Notes under the pieces: model-generated | The model's database searches: none | What the model saw: the letters and a program-made list of their open reading frames with translations, nothing else | What the model was told of the DNA's origin: nothing | Made by a program: the position numbers and the translations under genes | Part shown: positions 21,601-31,844 of the stretch, piece by piece | Layout: the number at the start of each line of letters is the position of its first letter | Position numbering within the stretch: position 1 is the stretch's first letter | IMG/VR virus record: IMGVR_UViG_3300034112_000721 | Coordinates: 32,001 to 96,000 of that record | Length of the DNA stretch: 64,000 nucleotides | Direction: 5' to 3' (one strand) | DNA from: a virus

Positions 21601-24109
21601 CAGGTCCAGTAATTGCACCAGAAATTTGTTGAGAGGCACTATTAAAATAGTTATTAAGTTGTGTATAAAAGTTAAATGCATTACTTGCAGCAGCATTTAC
21701 TGTAAATGAATCAAGATCTCCTGGTGGTGGATTTGGTGGTGTTAAGTTATTACCATTACCACCTGCAATATTCCAATAATCATATTTTTGATAAGGGACT
21801 TGAAAATCTGGAAGAGCTGGTGATGATATCTGTTTCTTACCCAATAAGTTTAATAAAGCATTTCCAAGACCAGCTATAATTGCAATATAAACCGCAGCAT
21901 TACTCATCAACTGATTTTCAGGATGCTTATCTGGTATTACAAAAGAATGTACTGAGTTACCTTCTAAACTTCCATAGATTTTTAATTCAGTTTGGTTTAT
22001 AAAAGGATTTCTAAAGCTAGTATCTGGAGATGTAAATGTAAGAAGGTTTTTTGGTATACCTTGATTTACAAATGTTTCATTTCCATCTTTATCTATAGTG
22101 GTTGTTTTAATAAAAGGATCATTATAATAATAATCATGATCTCCAATATTTGCAGTATTATCTAATGGTATTGAACAGTTAAATGGATAGTTTGCATATA
22201 GTCCTGTTCTATTACCTTTTGATTGCCCCTGTATAGGATAAGTCCTAAAGTTATTAATCATCCCTTTAGCAACTATACTAAGATTACCTTCTCTTGAACC
22301 TCTTAGTATTTCATATCCAACTATATTAGGAATATCATTACCGTCATTATCTTTTGGGTAGATTATATTATTAAACTCTACACCCATTATTCTAATAAAC
22401 TTTTTACCATCAGAAGCATTAGCATTTTCTACTCTAAAGTGATATGTATCAGGTGTTAATGCATTATCTGGAAACTTGTGATGTCTAATAGGTTTACCAC
22501 AAAGATCATATCTTGGATCTTTAGTAGCTGTCCAACACTGTGAACTTGAATTCCATATGTTAGGTTGGTTATCAGGATATATTTCTGTAGATTGCCAGTA
22601 TCCCATTTTACCTTTAGCTAATACAACTCCTCCATCAGGTAATACTGGATAGTTAGGAAAGTATGTATCTGTCTGCCAAGCTGTATTTACAGTTTCAAAT
22701 AATAATGTGTTATCTACAAAACTATTCTTATCTGTATATGTATCAGCATCTTTTGTATTTGCAGGAACATTATCTGGATTTGGTGTTGGATAGTTTTCTT
22801 CTGGTCTTCCAGGAATGTGATAAGATGCAGATTTATCTCCAGTATTGTATACCCATCTTATAAAGAAAGCATATACCTCATCTCTAAGATAACCTACTTT
22901 AGATCCTCCAGTAATATAATAGTCTTCAGGATATTCAACTGACACCCATTTAGTATTTATCAAATTAGCAAGTGGCTGATAATTAAAATCAAATTTAGAT
23001 GTGGGAGCAATTCTAAGTAAGTACTGTCCAACATTAACTATCTGATCTGATTTCTCATATACTGGATTTAATAATGGTATAGCTGATGTTGGTATAGTTA
23101 TTAATGTCTGTGGTATATCATCTAATAAGATTGATGTTTCAGAAGTAGAATAATAACCAATCTGTTTTGCTTGAACATTTTCATTAATTGATCTAACTAT
23201 TACTAATTCAAACTGCTCAAAGTTTTCAGTGTCTAAATCTAATGTTAATAGTAATGATCCTTGTGAAACATCATTAGGATTATATACTGGTTGAAGATTA
23301 CTTGGAGAAAAATAATTAGTTACATTCTGACCCTTAATAGAATATGCTACAACGGCAAAGTAAGTTCCATTTTCTAATGTACCTGTACCAGGTGCAATTG
23401 AAAGTTGAACGCATGGTGTCTGTACTAATGATGCCAATCTTATTTTGTCACAATCTAAAAAGTTTAAATCTGTACATATTTTACAATCTCCAGGAGTACA
23501 TTTTTGTTCCCATGCAGTAATTGGCCATAATACAGTTCCACTTGATGAAATATATCTATTATAATTTATACCTGCTGTAGCTTGATTAGAGCCACCCCAT
23601 TGAAAAGATGAATCTGGCCATGTCTTTGGATCACCAATATTTAAATATCTATCAGGATTTAAACCATCTGCCCAATACACTTCCCACTTACAATCTCCCT
23701 TTTGTCTAGAAGCTCCGGTAATTAAATTATATGGACTAAAATTTAAACATGGTGCAGAAACAATTGGTCTATACAAACAATGTTCTTCTTCATATAAACC
23801 AATTTCAGAATTAACAGGTTTACCATTTACAGTAGCAACAGTAAATATAATCCACTTATCCGCATATAAATGTATAATACCAATAATAGCTTTATCACCC
23901 TGCATGGTCTCTCCACTTGTTCCGCAGAGATAGTTTGAGTCCTCATTAGATAAAGTACCTAGGTTACCCTCATCAGTATTATTGACCATGTTTCTTGCAT
24001 GTGTCCATAGTCCAGATGTTACAAATGATGGGTCTGTATCTTTATTTAGACCTTTAGAGAAACTATTTGTAATATTCTGAGTAGTATTTTGAAGACCTTT
24101 TTTAGCCAT
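18656..24109 (-). CDS. Tail stabilisation/muzzle (nozzle) protein, P22 gp10-like position
   Basis: 1817 aa; N-terminal FSKGLNKDTDP...ARNM motif, YLRDEVYAFFIRW, C-terminal WTVSYDP...SYHDWHPD; lies downstream of ring proteins as in crAss-like tails. Confidence 0.75.
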   Translation of the reverse strand: MAKKGLQNTTQNITNSFSKGLNKDTDPSFVTSGLWTHARNMVNNTDEGNLGTLSNEDSNYLCGTSGETMQGDKAIIGIIHLYADKWIIFTVATVNGKPVNSEIGLYEEEHCLYRPIVSAPCLNFSPYNLITGASRQKGDCKWEVYWADGLNPDRYLNIGDPKTWPDSSFQWGGSNQATAGINYNRYISSSGTVLWPITAWEQKCTPGDCKICTDLNFLDCDKIRLASLVQTPCVQLSIAPGTGTLENGTYFAVVAYSIKGQNVTNYFSPSNLQPVYNPNDVSQGSLLLTLDLDTENFEQFELVIVRSINENVQAKQIGYYSTSETSILLDDIPQTLITIPTSAIPLLNPVYEKSDQIVNVGQYLLRIAPTSKFDFNYQPLANLINTKWVSVEYPEDYYITGGSKVGYLRDEVYAFFIRWVYNTGDKSASYHIPGRPEENYPTPNPDNVPANTKDADTYTDKNSFVDNTLLFETVNTAWQTDTYFPNYPVLPDGGVVLAKGKMGYWQSTEIYPDNQPNIWNSSSQCWTATKDPRYDLCGKPIRHHKFPDNALTPDTYHFRVENANASDGKKFIRIMGVEFNNIIYPKDNDGNDIPNIVGYEILRGSREGNLSIVAKGMINNFRTYPIQGQSKGNRTGLYANYPFNCSIPLDNTANIGDHDYYYNDPFIKTTTIDKDGNETFVNQGIPKNLLTFTSPDTSFRNPFINQTELKIYGSLEGNSVHSFVIPDKHPENQLMSNAAVYIAIIAGLGNALLNLLGKKQISSPALPDFQVPYQKYDYWNIAGGNGNNLTPPNPPPGDLDSFTVNAAASNAFNFYTQLNNYFNSASQQISGAITGPGNPASLTLEEIFETTAQSYANIGLYPPTTLITDYNTATVLNNLGLGVFATSAINIGVQLPYYFTEGFNTTLRIIQAFLPFRQYALQSLAHGFYARFVAPNTNFLKRFKIENGFYLSDRNQEVPDYLNGFGNFQRFTINNLSRPKTVFIRTSAPNTTYTSPTIAPTIGPQLVGTYVGSTQQIGFQEDNSLINLGKATDVPSFDMSFKNESLFKQFLGNIASHYVGLKYNVQNQYGRIDSIKQVVATTCEQKFDPNNIISQPTSGNCPLNGQVFHKVLPTSEIIFGGDTYINRFTEKNTMLFFYNWLYNLPDGTIWNYALYNNIPTARYWMNTAPYSKDENPIAAGGNIATTIADIISLLTPQPTFGTGPMPKGYYNLDNDNYDRQNDTEGNYPGFLSVKDSYMYLANSGVRDFFVESNVLVDFRSQGTLQSQQPYIPYQYTDLRQLFDMNPEVITKGNFYNYDYSLSVTKFFTQYLSAGSTQGANYDPQVAELCFTYYPNRALYSLYQDDQSYDNNWLIYLPLNYVQFNDKITTVKPVGMTGMIFTFPTTGPLFYQGIDTLQTLSGKKVTIGDGGLFSNPPQSAVNADAPFEYGSSQNIRSVIYSPAGLYYASMNQGKLFAYGEGIKEISQNGLKWWFSLFLPYKLTEDFPDYPHQDNPVAGIGVQAGYDTRSSILYFTKKDYQLRKDIGKVSYNPETNKFNYLGVNYPLGHPNVFVDASWTVSYDPKLQVFISYHDWHPDLVFSSKETLFTVKGNTIWRHNDVCDDFCNFYGTQYPFEIEYPINTGSAPSIVRSIEYTLECYRYSQFNCVDQFHVLDANFSQAVISNTEQVSGYLNLNIFPKNNITLSLQYPKLNQSNLSSFDILFSKEENKYRFNQYWDITKDRGEFPIGSDYPPTGPLVPGTTQLLGNYSEQFIWNTEPNGYIKTLNNANLNYAKLDTQRKKFRHYLNYLFLSKLATEQERDINFILKVVNSKNEMSIR

Positions 24110-25155
24110 TATATTATTCTATTGCCGGTTAAGTTTCTATAATATGCTGCATTAGGAGAATAACTTTCAAACATATAGTAATACTTACCATACATTGATT
24201 TTCTATTTGTCCACCACATCTTTTCAAGTTCCTTGAAGTTTGGTGTATTAACAACACTTAATGCTTGATTTCTAGCTGCTCTTAATCTTTGTTCAATTAA
24301 CTGCATTCTTTGTGCTACATCCTCACCATTAATATATAGGTTTTCAAGTATTCTAGATTTTAAAGCATATTCATAATATTCATTTATTAGATCATGATCT
24401 GGGACCATTAAGTATCCTTGATCATTTACCATTTCACCTTGATAATTTAAATATACCTTACCAGTTTCAAATGTTGTAAATAGAAAACCACCTTTTATCC
24501 AACCTTGGTTTGCTGTATTAAAATAAAGATTTGGACAGTCACATTCTATTTCTTGACTAGCCTTCATTCTTAATGGTAATAAATCTGTGTAAACTCTTGT
24601 AGCTCCAGAATTATTCATTACTTGAACTAGTTCCCACTTTTCCCCTTTACAATTCATAAAAACTCTAGGTGCAATACAAGTATCACCATAAGGATTGTTT
24701 GGGTCATACTCTGTAGGTATTGGATCTACTATAGGAAAATTAAGATCACATGCTGCAGTTTTGTTACATGGATTAGAATTACATGTTCTGCAGTTAACTG
24801 TTGGTGGTGCACACACATCTGTAGTAGATGGAGTTTCTTGGTATCTTACTTCTTGTATATTAGTTCCTGCAGACATTGGACCATATCCAACTTGTTGAAC
24901 ATAGTTACCGCATACTAATGCAAAGTTAAATACATAAAAATCATCTGGTAGTTTTACCTTACCATGACATACATCTAGAATAACTTCTTTAGTTTGATTT
25001 ACCCTTAGACCAAGATCATAATTTAGTTTTTTAACCAGCTTAATTAATTGCTGAGGCTCTATCATGTTTTCTAGAGCAAAGGTGTTTAAATCAACTGTTA
25101 CATCTTCTAACAATTGATCAAAAGTTCTATATCTAAGAGTATAATTAAAATCCAT
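24109..25155 (-). CDS. Tail tubular/ring protein (P22 gp4-like)
   Basis: 348 aa; GKVKLPDDF and GKVYLNYQG...LMVPD motifs; directly upstream of the muzzle gene. Confidence 0.65.
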   Translation of the reverse strand: MDFNYTLRYRTFDQLLEDVTVDLNTFALENMIEPQQLIKLVKKLNYDLGLRVNQTKEVILDVCHGKVKLPDDFYVFNFALVCGNYVQQVGYGPMSAGTNIQEVRYQETPSTTDVCAPPTVNCRTCNSNPCNKTAACDLNFPIVDPIPTEYDPNNPYGDTCIAPRVFMNCKGEKWELVQVMNNSGATRVYTDLLPLRMKASQEIECDCPNLYFNTANQGWIKGGFLFTTFETGKVYLNYQGEMVNDQGYLMVPDHDLINEYYEYALKSRILENLYINGEDVAQRMQLIEQRLRAARNQALSVVNTPNFKELEKMWWTNRKSMYGKYYYMFESYSPNAAYYRNLTGNRII

Positions 25156-25820
25156 TATCTAAGTATATTTTGACCATCATCAGGACCATCTGTTGGAACC
25201 TGCATAGTCATAGTTAATTCTTTAATTACAAACTGCTCTACTTCAGAAAATAAATACTCTGGAATAGTTAATAATTTATCTTGTGCTATCTCACACTGTT
25301 GAGCAGGATCACACGGATCAGTTACTCCTTGAAAGATAGCCTCCATTCTAATTGCTTCCCAATCTATATTGGGGCAGTATAAATATCCATTTAAATACCA
25401 AAAATATTTTCTTGTATTATATTTAAATGTAGTAGTCTTTGTCATTGAAACCCATGTACCCGGATCTGTTCTAAACATTTCTATACTACCATCTATTGAA
25501 GATACTGTACGTATAACAGGACCAAATGTTCCTTCTAATATAGTTGGTAGTTTATCTTTTGTTCTTTTAAAATAACATCCAGAATAAACACCAAGACATC
25601 CAGCTTCTACTTTATCTACATCTATAAGTTCAAGATATGGTAATACCTGAAATATAGAGCTAATCTTCATTAGCTTGAATTGATTATCCTCTCTCTTTAA
25701 AAGAGTCTGGCCATATTTAATTAGAGAGCTATAGATTACTCTATCAGTTAAAAAAGAATCTTCTTTAACTGCTTTTAAAGTATTTCTAACCCGTGATATT
25801 GCTTCACCTATAGTTGTCAT
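25155..25820 (-). CDS. Tail ring protein
   Basis: 221 aa; TIGEAISRVRN...DSFLTDR, YFWYLNGYLY, C-terminal PTDGPDD; synteny. Confidence 0.6.
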   Translation of the reverse strand: MTTIGEAISRVRNTLKAVKEDSFLTDRVIYSSLIKYGQTLLKREDNQFKLMKISSIFQVLPYLELIDVDKVEAGCLGVYSGCYFKRTKDKLPTILEGTFGPVIRTVSSIDGSIEMFRTDPGTWVSMTKTTTFKYNTRKYFWYLNGYLYCPNIDWEAIRMEAIFQGVTDPCDPAQQCEIAQDKLLTIPEYLFSEVEQFVIKELTMTMQVPTDGPDDGQNILR

Positions 25821-26398
25821 AGTTCAAATTCATTATATTGTTTTAAGTCCTCCTGTAGCTTTTTTTGCATAGAGTTGACTAAAAAATTTTTAGTATGGTT
25901 AAGTTTTATTTTTGCTGTTGGTTCAACTACAAGATACATATTCCAATTTTCTGGATAAGCTTTAGAAACCGCTCTTTTAAATTCTCTACATGCAGTAAAT
26001 CCCCAAAATTCTCTATTCTTCATTTTGTGTTTTAATGCATAACTTGTAAAAAATATTTTTGCTAGTTTACCATCTGTTTCCCAATTCTTATTTGTAACAG
26101 ATACTCCATACTTCTTTGACTTTGCAAAATCAGTATTTTGTTTTTTTGGACTTTGACATGTTCCAATAAATATCCAACCTATTTGTTCAGGTAGTTGAAC
26201 ACCATCCCTTGTATCAATAACTGTTTGATAAAAAGTATTATTAAAAGATTTTATAATCTTTCTTAAGTCTTTATCATCCATCTGTTTATACTTAGGATAT
26301 TTCTTTTTAAAACTTTCAAAGAACTTCTTGTTCATAATTGTATGTACTTCAGGTCTATACCTTGGTGCATTTAAGTCTGGACTTTTAAATTCCTTCAT
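25817..26398 (-). CDS. IHF/HU-like DNA-binding protein
   Basis: 193 aa, basic; LRKIIKSFN...DGVQLPEQIGWIFIG resembles the HU/IHF core; crAss-like tail modules carry an IHF homologue here. Confidence 0.55.
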   Translation of the reverse strand: MKEFKSPDLNAPRYRPEVHTIMNKKFFESFKKKYPKYKQMDDKDLRKIIKSFNNTFYQTVIDTRDGVQLPEQIGWIFIGTCQSPKKQNTDFAKSKKYGVSVTNKNWETDGKLAKIFFTSYALKHKMKNREFWGFTACREFKRAVSKAYPENWNMYLVVEPTAKIKLNHTKNFLVNSMQKKLQEDLKQYNEFEL

Positions 26399-26448
26399 AC
26401 TATACTATTTAATATACTAAAAATAAATGACTTTAACAAATATAGCAA

Positions 26449-26481
26449 TAAAAGCAAAACCCCCGCGAGTGCAGGGGTTCT
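26449..26481 (-). terminator. Intrinsic terminator
   Basis: AGAACCCCTGC-ACTC-GCGGGGGTTTT followed by GCTTTT. Confidence 0.75.
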
Positions 26482-26514
26482 ACCAGTTGTTACAGAAACC
26501 AACAAACTGCAACT
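26449..26514 (-). ncRNA. Candidate 3'-UTR-derived sRNA with a UUGGUU-loop hairpin (copy 1)
   Basis: GTTGCAG-TTTGTTGGTTT-CTGTAAC hairpin, then ACTGGTA, then terminator; homologous to 60117..60183. Confidence 0.45.
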
Positions 26515-27516
26515 TTATATTTGTTCAACCATCATTTGAGCTTGTAATAACCAAGCTGCAGATGTTGCATCTTTTGTTTTAAATTTTAAACTAACTGTTT
26601 CACCAGCATTTAAAGTAATATAATAAAAGAAAGAAACATTAAATGGTAACTGACCATTTAAGAATCTAAACTCAACTGTATTACCTGCAGTAGTTAAAAC
26701 TTGATCAGGTGCAATAGAAGATCTATTTACAATATCTCCAACATTTGCACCATCCATTAATGATCCTGATAATAACGGTCTTCCAAAATTTTGATAAACT
26801 GGTGTATCAATAAAACCAACAGTTTTTATAATTGCTCCATCAACCCAGTTTGCAATATTAGAACTATTTGCTGATGTTGGTAATGTAACTGTATCATATG
26901 ATACCCATACTTTATAATTCTTAGCTGCACCTCCAGGATTAGTATATGATAATGCAGAATAATTTACATTTGGAAAACTATATATACTTGGTGTTGCACC
27001 AGCATTAAGATTTACTGTTTGTACATTATCATCATAGAAAAATTCTTTTGCTGTCGCATTTACAGTATATGTAGTTGTGTTACCTACTGTAGATGAAGTA
27101 ATATTAATTCCTGTTCCTGATTCAAGTTGTACAACTGGCAATTGTGTTGGATCAAAACAAATTGTATATGTAGTTACTCCTGTTACTGGGTTAGTGACTG
27201 AAGTTATATCTAAATAATCATTTGTATTACATACCTCTACAACAGATCCTAAGTCTGGGCCAGTAATATACTCACAGAAAAAACTAATAATTGCATTAAT
27301 AGCATCTGCTAAATTTGTATTAGTATCAACAACAACTTGTTGTATACATTCAATTGGTAATCCACTATATACAACACATTCTGCATCAAATACCTCAGAA
27401 CATGCAATTGGATTAGGACATCCTGCTGGAGTAGGACATGGTGCAGGTGAAATTAATCCATTATCTGAACATCCACATTTTTTACATCCACAAGAAGTAC
27501 AAGTATTATGAGCCAT
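26515..27516 (-). CDS. Cys-rich N-terminal structural (fibre/spike-like) protein
   Basis: 333 aa; CTSCGCKKCGC...ECVVYSGLPIECI N-terminus; beta-rich C-terminus. Confidence 0.5.
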   Translation of the reverse strand: MAHNTCTSCGCKKCGCSDNGLISPAPCPTPAGCPNPIACSEVFDAECVVYSGLPIECIQQVVVDTNTNLADAINAIISFFCEYITGPDLGSVVEVCNTNDYLDITSVTNPVTGVTTYTICFDPTQLPVVQLESGTGINITSSTVGNTTTYTVNATAKEFFYDDNVQTVNLNAGATPSIYSFPNVNYSALSYTNPGGAAKNYKVWVSYDTVTLPTSANSSNIANWVDGAIIKTVGFIDTPVYQNFGRPLLSGSLMDGANVGDIVNRSSIAPDQVLTTAGNTVEFRFLNGQLPFNVSFFYYITLNAGETVSLKFKTKDATSAAWLLQAQMMVEQI

Positions 27517-27527
27517 AGTTTAAATTA

Positions 27528-29207
27528 TTAAGGACAAACAATTGGTGTTGGTATATCTGTAGTACATGGATTAATATAAGCAATCAAACCATCAAGTTGA
27601 AAAATAAATCCTCCAAGATTTGTTTCATCATTTGCGTTACAGCTAAACTGATATCTTAGATTTGCATTATATTCCATGTTAAGAGGAATGGTTCCCGCAG
27701 CAGCATTACTGTTTACATTAGTATTTATATTATCAAACTTTGGAACATAATCTCCAAGACGAACATGTGAAATAATATAGTTTAAATGTGAAGTATCATA
27801 AGCAGCTGTTCCAGAAAAAATGTTTTGTTCTGCATTTTTAACTAATGCAAAGCTTAAAGTTTTATTACTTGAAATAGATAAGAATCCAACAGTTGTTAAA
27901 ATTGTACTTGTATCAGGAGCATTGTCAATCTGAGTTCTTCTATATCCTGTAGAAAATTCTTTAGTATAATTATCATCTAATAATTCTGCAACTCCCATTA
28001 CTGTAGATGGAATAACTACATTACCTTGATTAAATGTAATTAATCCAGAACCACTTGTAATAACAGACCCTGGTCCAACAGATGCAGGAGTAACAGTAGT
28101 TGATAAATAATAAGTATCAATTGGTGGAACATTTTGATATTGCCATAACAATGGTGCACCTGTTCCATCATCAATAGGTATCATTACTTGACCTTTAAAA
28201 TGCAATACATTACCAATTCTTCTTACTCTTGGTCTTAATGCATCTGTATCAGATCCAGTATAGAAACTAAAACCATCTAGGTCTACCCAACCTGTATCAA
28301 GAATCTTTGATGATACAGTATAAGCAGGTCCACCAGTTACTGTTGTAGCTATTGTGTTTGTAGTAGCTCCTGTAACTGTTACTGTTGTACCATTGTATAT
28401 ATCACATAATACAATCCATAAATTATTAATCACAGAAGCGATTGTACTTGCTGGTTGTATCCAAGTAGGATATTGTGCAGCATATGTAGCAGCAGGATTT
28501 ACTTTTGTAAAATCTGTACCCGCAATACACTGAGCAGTTACTGCACTTAGTAAAGATGCAGTTGATCCAGTTGCAGCATAGAATCCACACCAAACATCAT
28601 TTATAAACTCTTCTAGCACTACATCTATTCCATATGAGTTTCCAGAAATAAGTGAATTAATAGGACAGTTTATTGTAAATGATGGTAATGTAAATACAGG
28701 TGCAGGAGTTGTTTCTAGTGTAGTTACTCTAACATCTAGATCATTAATCTGTAAATTAATTGTGCTTATTTGTGTAATAAGATCACAAATTTTAGTACCC
28801 ATTGCCTGGGCATATTCTGCAACAGACATTACAGTTGTTGAACCTATAACAAAACATGGTGCTACAGTAACTAAAGTATCTGCTGTTGTTGTTCTTACAG
28901 TTGCGGATGGAGTTGCTACTGCAGTTGTTTGAGCAGTTTGCAGTGCACAAATCTTTTCAATTAAAAATTGAATTAATTCTTGAAAATTATTTGGTGCACA
29001 GCTTGAAAGATTAAAACAAGATAAATCATATCCATTAACATCTAGTAGGTCTAATACATTACAAAGCTCAGTTGCAAGCTTATGAATTACATTAGATACA
29101 GTGTCTCCAGTACATAATTTTATACAAGGAATATCTGGACCTTGCCATATCACACAGTTACTTGATATTGGACTACAAGGGCTATTATCTAAATTTAGAG
29201 GTTTCAT
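27528..29207 (-). CDS. Structural fibre-like protein with Cys-rich N-terminus and coiled coil
   Basis: 559 aa; SSNCVIWQGPDIPCI (related to the neighbouring gene), coiled coil, DTGWVDL...RVRRIGNVLHFKG fibre-tip-like motif. Confidence 0.55.
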   Translation of the reverse strand: MKPLNLDNSPCSPISSNCVIWQGPDIPCIKLCTGDTVSNVIHKLATELCNVLDLLDVNGYDLSCFNLSSCAPNNFQELIQFLIEKICALQTAQTTAVATPSATVRTTTADTLVTVAPCFVIGSTTVMSVAEYAQAMGTKICDLITQISTINLQINDLDVRVTTLETTPAPVFTLPSFTINCPINSLISGNSYGIDVVLEEFINDVWCGFYAATGSTASLLSAVTAQCIAGTDFTKVNPAATYAAQYPTWIQPASTIASVINNLWIVLCDIYNGTTVTVTGATTNTIATTVTGGPAYTVSSKILDTGWVDLDGFSFYTGSDTDALRPRVRRIGNVLHFKGQVMIPIDDGTGAPLLWQYQNVPPIDTYYLSTTVTPASVGPGSVITSGSGLITFNQGNVVIPSTVMGVAELLDDNYTKEFSTGYRRTQIDNAPDTSTILTTVGFLSISSNKTLSFALVKNAEQNIFSGTAAYDTSHLNYIISHVRLGDYVPKFDNINTNVNSNAAAGTIPLNMEYNANLRYQFSCNANDETNLGGFIFQLDGLIAYINPCTTDIPTPIVCP

Positions 29208-29226
29208 ATCTATAATATACTAATTA

Positions 29227-31092
29227 TTATTGAGAATTACAAGTGGTTGTTGGTGTCCCACAATTACATGGAGCATAACCACAAGATGGAGTACTTGGGC
29301 AACATGGATTAATAGAAGTACATATATAATTTGGATCTCTCAAAGCATCCAAATCTATAAGTTCTTTTTTAATTAACCATTTATCTGTATCTTCTGGACA
29401 ACAGTCAGATATTCCATATCTTAAGTATAATACTTGTTTGTAATATACTTCTGCTGATTTGCAAGATATTTTCTCATATTTTTCAATGGTACATGCCGGT
29501 GTGTTATATCCTGGTTGAACACTTCTTCTTGGATAAATAACTGGTGGACAAGACCAAATATCTTGTTGTGTATCTTCTGTACAATCACCATAAGTTTCTA
29601 TGTAGTCTGTTTCAGGATAATAAACATCCCAAACTCTCATACAGAATTTTTCAGACTGCGCTCCTGCAGCAAGTGTAAATGTTTGTACTATTAAATTACA
29701 ATCAAAATAACTATATGTTTTAGATGTAGTACTATCATTTCTTACAGTAGTACAAACACAAGGATATGTTAATAAACACTCAGTGCAGTTTGTATATTCT
29801 ATTTCTGGAAATACTATACCGGCATTTGTAGGATCATTAGTTTGTTGTACAGTCCAACATGTTTCTGGACAATACTTTATTTTGATAACTGATCCTATAT
29901 ATTGACTTAGATCTGTATATGTTATAATTGGATCTTTAAATCCTGTACAGTCAAAAAGCTTGTAATACTCTCTTGCACATGCAATGCAATCTGTGTAAGC
30001 TGCAGTAACTGTAACTATTGTATCAGAGGGTATATCTTGTATCTCTTCTATATACCAACATCCTGGACAATCCCCTCTAAGAATTACTTGACCTACAAAA
30101 GGACTTAAGTCTGAACTTGTGTAAACTATTGTGTTTGGATCATCACAATTTGTGAGCTTATACTTACTTGGATTTTTACAAGTAGGACAATCATCATATG
30201 CTTGAACTACAACTACATCTATTGCACAATCACAATTTGCAGTTGAATTAACTATCCAACATGTATCTGGATAATTTTCAATTTTTACTATTTGGCCAAG
30301 TATTGCATATAATCCTAGTGATAGTTTATTAGTAACAATAGGATCTTGAATACCATCACAGTCTACTAGTTCATAACACTCATCTGGGCAATTACCATTT
30401 ACACATGGTCCTATATTCACAATATTAATTGGACTAGGAAATTCATTACCAATTACTGCAGGATATGTAGAGGAACATGATATTTGCTCAAGTGTTCCAG
30501 TAAGTGGTCCAGTATTTTGAACATTACCATCACAGTCTATATATAAACAATCCTTAGAATTTGCAATTATATTATAACAATTACATGGACATTCACAGTC
30601 TTCTACATACGATAATGTTTCTGTTGTTGAATTACAGAATAAACTTGCATTAGGTGATAAAGCTACCTGATAACATGTTGCTGGTAAATCTGTTCCTTGA
30701 AGTACTACTGACTGTCCAACATAGGCTGATAAATCTTGTGTGGTAGTAAATGGTGGTATTGAACCATCACATGAAACTAATAAATAACAAGGATCACATT
30801 CTGCACACTCTCCAAACAATACAGAACAATCTGTATATCCAGGACCAGTTGTTGACATCCAATTACTACCTATATTTGGATATGCAGATCCGTCTCCTAC
30901 AACTTGAGTAAATAAATAACACTGGCCAGATATTAAACCATAGTAATCTCCATGAATTCCTGATGCATCATAGACTAGTTGCTGTGGAAAAGTAAAACCA
31001 TAAATTGGTGAATTATTTGCAATTGGAGGTTGAAAATATAATATTTCACCTGTGCAACATGATTCAAGTCTATAATAGTAAGGAGCAGACAT
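29227..31092 (-). CDS. Cys-rich repeat structural protein
   Basis: 621 aa; at least four repeats of YxLxxCxG/D...DLSxY/FVGQ...CW/Y. Confidence 0.6.
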   Translation of the reverse strand: MSAPYYYRLESCCTGEILYFQPPIANNSPIYGFTFPQQLVYDASGIHGDYYGLISGQCYLFTQVVGDGSAYPNIGSNWMSTTGPGYTDCSVLFGECAECDPCYLLVSCDGSIPPFTTTQDLSAYVGQSVVLQGTDLPATCYQVALSPNASLFCNSTTETLSYVEDCECPCNCYNIIANSKDCLYIDCDGNVQNTGPLTGTLEQISCSSTYPAVIGNEFPSPINIVNIGPCVNGNCPDECYELVDCDGIQDPIVTNKLSLGLYAILGQIVKIENYPDTCWIVNSTANCDCAIDVVVVQAYDDCPTCKNPSKYKLTNCDDPNTIVYTSSDLSPFVGQVILRGDCPGCWYIEEIQDIPSDTIVTVTAAYTDCIACAREYYKLFDCTGFKDPIITYTDLSQYIGSVIKIKYCPETCWTVQQTNDPTNAGIVFPEIEYTNCTECLLTYPCVCTTVRNDSTTSKTYSYFDCNLIVQTFTLAAGAQSEKFCMRVWDVYYPETDYIETYGDCTEDTQQDIWSCPPVIYPRRSVQPGYNTPACTIEKYEKISCKSAEVYYKQVLYLRYGISDCCPEDTDKWLIKKELIDLDALRDPNYICTSINPCCPSTPSCGYAPCNCGTPTTTCNSQ

Positions 31093-31250
31093 TACTTAGT
31101 GTATTTTTGTAGATCTTGTTTATTTTTACCTAATTTAAGTTGTGCTTCATATTTTCCAATACAATTAGAACACACCTGTTGTCCGTTTGATGCTTTTCTT
31201 CTCTGACATCCACAAGACAATTTTGTTTTACAATTTGCACATACTGACAT
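31092..31250 (-). CDS. 52-aa Cys-rich zinc-finger/metallothionein-like protein
   Basis: Translated by hand: MSVCANCKTKLSCGCQRRKASNGQQVCSNCIGKYEAQLKLGKNKQDLQKYTK; TAATG-coupled to the next gene; AACCAATAAT leader. Confidence 0.75.
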   Translation of the reverse strand: MSVCANCKTKLSCGCQRRKASNGQQVCSNCIGKYEAQLKLGKNKQDLQKYTK

Positions 31251-31270
31251 ATTATTGGTTTTTAGTTAGT

Positions 31271-31831
31271 TTAACAATTTGTACAAGACAATTTATTTAA
31301 AAGCTTTAAAGCATAGTTGTATAAAGCCATTCCTTTCTGTGGCTCATGACAAAACTCTACTTTAGATTTTGCAGCTTGAAGATACATAAATATTAATCTA
31401 AGCTCCTCTAGCTTCTGTTGTATTTTAAATGGTGGTTCACATGCTGCTACATCAACATCACAAAGTATTTTGTAATATTTATTTAGGGCATGTGTTACCC
31501 TTAAATGATTATATTCTACATAAACTGTTTCATTAGGTGAAACACTATATTTTATAATATAAATACCATCTGGTAAATTATAATATGAAGTTCCACAGTC
31601 TACAGTTTGTAGTTGTAAATCACAAGCAGTTATGGTAGCAGATCCTGTAGTATAAAAATTTGTAGCATCTATTTGATTAGAATATCCAAATCCTGGAACA
31701 GTAATGTTCAAGGTAGGACATACTACAGGTATTGCAGGATTTGCTGTTTGATACACACTTGTGTCAAGTAATTTAAGAACACATTCATTCATTACTTGAG
31801 GCACCTCTAAACTTAATACATGATTTGCCAT
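31271..31831 (-). CDS. Structural protein (tail hub-like)
   Basis: 186 aa; DTSVY...LNITVPGF...LPDGIYIIKYSVSP; synteny. Confidence 0.5.
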   Translation of the reverse strand: MANHVLSLEVPQVMNECVLKLLDTSVYQTANPAIPVVCPTLNITVPGFGYSNQIDATNFYTTGSATITACDLQLQTVDCGTSYYNLPDGIYIIKYSVSPNETVYVEYNHLRVTHALNKYYKILCDVDVAACEPPFKIQQKLEELRLIFMYLQAAKSKVEFCHEPQKGMALYNYALKLLNKLSCTNC

Positions 31832-31844
31832 AACTATGTTTTAT

